Part shown: positions 34,420-37,413 of the stretch, one piece after another | Position numbering within the stretch: position 1 is the first letter of the stretch | Layout: each line of letters opens with the position of its first letter | From: Welwitschia mirabilis | Taxonomy: Eukaryota | Length of the DNA stretch: 37,413 bases | Direction of reading: 5' to 3' | Assembly (NCBI GenBank): GCA_051453625.1 | Contig: JBOZIK010000001.1 | Span: 40,644,842-40,682,254 of the forward strand | Translations under genes and position numbers: made by a program | The notes under the pieces: generated by a model | What the model was told of the DNA's origin: nothing | Databases searched by the model: none | Seen by the model: only the letters and a program-made list of their open reading frames with translations

Positions 34420-36019
34420 AGGAGATGATGTTGAGTTAAAGAACCTAAATGCCTATCCAACCTTTAGTGGTGAATACGATGAGGACTCCCTCCAACACAT
34501 TATAAACATTGAACAATTAATTATTACTTCAGGGAATAGAAAGAAAAAGATTAGTGATAGAACATACATGATAATCTTTCCCATGAAATTAAAAGGAAGA
34601 GCTAAAAATTGGCTAAAACTATACCCCACAAAAGTTTTAAAACTTGGGATCAAGTCCAAAAAACCTTTATTAAAAGATTTATGAGTGAAAAAACCATTAA
34701 AAAAAGGAAAAAGGAAGTAACAAACTTTTAATAAAAACTAAATGAGTATTATGCTTTCACATACGTATGTTTCTTTATAGGAACTCATTCTAATCTAGTA
34801 GATGCTTTTTTATGAGAATCACTAGTTAAATACTTTTATAATGGACTAAATCCCCACATAAAACAACTTATAGACTTATCTTGTGGTGGAAAACTTATAA
34901 ACTTTACATTAAAAAATGCCTGAAAATTATTAGAATAAGTTGTGGAGGTTAGTCAAATGTGGCCAACATCAAAAGAAAATTGCACTATAGGACAATTCAT
35001 CAAAGATTTAAAATAAGTTAAATAAGAAAAATAGATAGAATACAACCATGCAAATATAATAAGAGACTTTACAACAACCTTGAAGAAATATATGGAAATG
35101 CTTTTAGATGCCAAATCTGCAACTGAGAGAAATGTTATGTCAACTTATGACTTATGTAAGGATAATTATCACATTACCAAGAATTGTTTACTCTTACCAA
35201 TAGATAAAAAGAAAATACATGAAGAAATTTACACCTTTAATTAAACATTTTCATACTTAAAAAATCAAAATCAGGAATAACCTAGGTTGGATACACATTT
35301 TCAAATTAACTCTTAGCCTTTTAAAAAATAATTTAAAAACTTAAACTTTCAACCTATTTCATCAAATTTCCAACATCAAGATGATTCTCTTCAAAATCTA
35401 TTGTCAACCATATAAAATTATAAGATAAACAAAATATCAATATTGAAAACTTAGTAAACATACTTCAACAAACTATGTTGGCAAACCAAAGACCTCAAGG
35501 AACATTAGCGACACAACCTTTATCAAACTTCAATGAAATAAGAAAAACTATAAGGTTATGACAAGAAGTGGATAAGAAATAAACCCTCCTCCTTGTGTAG
35601 CACCAACCTCCAAAAATAACATTATAGATGATGAATTAGAAGATGACATTGAAATATTAGAAACTTATAACTTCCCTTCTCTTAGTAAAAATAAAAAGAA
35701 AAATTCTTCTTAAAAGTAACTAGATACCCCTTGGCTTGAGAGGCTTAACAATAATTAAAATTTCAATAAACATTATAAAGCCTTAATGAAGGGGGTACTC
35801 AATACTATGGAAAGATTTGACAAGAAGAAAACAAAAACGAGTCATTCTTAGCAAAGTCTTTCTAGCATAATCCCTCATGAATTTAGTGTTATAAAAATCT
35901 TCCAAATTTGAGGATTCAAGGGTAGCAACAATAAATGTCATATTAGAGGGAAACAAAAAGATCATGAGAGCTTTAATCAACATTAGGATAAGCATTAATA
36001 TCATGCCACTACATATTTG
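34420..36019 (+). pseudogene. gag: Degenerate Athila-type gag and aspartic protease start
   Basis: YPTFSGEYDEDSLQHI; IFPMKLKGRAKNWLK; YFYNGLNPHIKQLIDLSCGGKL; knuckle remnant YDLCKDNYHITKNC; QGTLATQP; protease RALINIRISINIMP (consensus ALxDLGASINxMP, catalytic D lost). Ends at a gap. Confidence 0.85.
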
Positions 36020-36377
36020 NNNNNNNNNNNNNNNNNNNNNNNNNNNNNNNNNNNNNNNNNNNNNNNNNNNNNNNNNNNNNNNNNNNNNNNNNNNNNNNNN
36101 NNNNNNNNNNNNNNNNNNNNNNNNNNNNNNNNNNNNNNNNNNNNNNNNNNNNNNNNNNNNNNNNNNNNNNNNNNNNNNNNNNNNNNNNNNNNNNNNNNNN
36201 NNNNNNNNNNNNNNNNNNNNNNNNNNNNNNNNNNNNNNNNNNNNNNNNNNNNNNNNNNNNNNNNNNNNNNNNNNNNNNNNNNNNNNNNNNNNNNNNNNNN
36301 NNNNNNNNNNNNNNNNNNNNNNNNNNNNNNNNNNNNNNNNNNNNNNNNNNNNNNNNNNNNNNNNNNNNNNNNNNNNA

Positions 36378-37413
36378 CATCATTCCCTTGAAGAAAGAGA
36401 GCCAACATTACATGAGCCTACACTTTATGTTGATCCACTTGAGATTAAAAATTTAGAAACCATTAATGCATCCAACTTTGAGCATGATTTTTTAGATAAA
36501 AAAGAAATGAAATCCTTATATTGTAAGAAATTCCGACTCTTAAATGAAAACTCACACCTTAAGGGAGATTGTCCACTACATGAGCTAAAAATTGAAAATC
36601 ATAATTTAAACTTAAATCTAAAAAATCTTTCTAGTGAACTAGAACATATTTTTATTTACAATGATTAAAATAAAACTCTTATAATTAATAAAAATATTTT
36701 ATTAGAGTTAACATTAATCTCCTCTTTAACTTTCAAAATTCATGCTTTCATGTGTTCTTATAGATTTTTATTTGTTATTCCTCTTTTTCTCTAATTGATG
36801 TTACTTGAAAATAATCATATACCTTTTATGTTTTATCAATTGATGAATGTTTGGGTTGAGCCTTATTTCTCTAAAAGAATGCAACATCTTGATACTATTT
36901 AAATAGATCCTTTCTTCTTTCTTTCCTTTTAATATAAGTGTTAAATAGATTTACTGGTTTTAGCATTTCCTTTTTTTTTATTCTTATAATTTTGACTTTG
37001 ATTTTGTTTTTAGCTTTTTGTTTTGGCTTTTTGTATATGTGCGTGTGTAATCCCTTTTATCATTCCCATGAAAATCAGGACGACAGCCTATAAAGGCTGA
37101 AAATATTTAAGTAACTATCTAAATTTTGTCTTAGCCTTTTTATTTGGAGGTTATTATGATATTACTTGATCATCTTTCAAACATGACTTATATATTTATT
37201 TCCATGACTAGTATTTGACATGGGCATTTTAAGGTAGTAGGATTGGATTAACCTAATCTTAAGTCATTTACACATCTATGAACTTTAATTTGAAGGAAGA
37301 TGCTTTATTTTTTATGTTTTTATCAATGGTGAAAAGGTCTTAGATTGTTTAAGGGTATTCTTTTCTGTCTTCATCTTAGACTTCATCTTTGTTCTTTAGA
37401 GTGTTGGATCATG
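36378..37413 (+). mobile_element. Retroelement 3' internal sequence, probably of Athila-like A or B
   Basis: ORF tail to 36668 with composition like 32264-32629, then a T-rich UTR-like stretch containing the family motif tatcattcccatgaaaatcaggacgacag (37058-37086). Confidence 0.45.

Noticed and set aside
5967..36668. Long ORFs in the track made mostly of X (5967-6605, 16105-17207, 28678-29247, 35964-36668)
   Set aside because: They are artefacts of translating N-gaps.

Overview
Land-plant nuclear DNA (AT-rich draft assembly, six N-gaps), made up almost entirely of decayed, nested retrotransposons around the last two coding exons of a group-4 sulfate transporter (SULTR4-like STAS C-terminus; 12557-12633 and 12846-13130, + strand). 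Left of the exons, probably inside a very large intron, is a three-level nest: a Sirevirus (Copia) 5' LTR/PBS/gag next to Athila-type Gypsy pol and LTR, which abuts an interrupted Tat/Ogre-type gag with its own LTR and tRNA-Asn-type PBS. Right of the gene is a five-element chain in which each element is cut by the next: L1 LINE, Tork/Tnt1-type Copia, Tekay chromovirus, Athila-like A, Athila-like B. No intact TE ORF, tRNA, rRNA or CRISPR array is supported. The two segments these annotations explain least are (i) a ~260-bp CpG-rich, apparently foldable insert placed in the RT catalytic IDD motif (2816-3074) and (ii) a ~320-bp hairpin-rich segment with two tandem structure-conserving repeats (5640-5965). 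I cannot identify either. They are leads, not a demonstrated new system. All family assignments come from motifs recognised by eye, with no database search.
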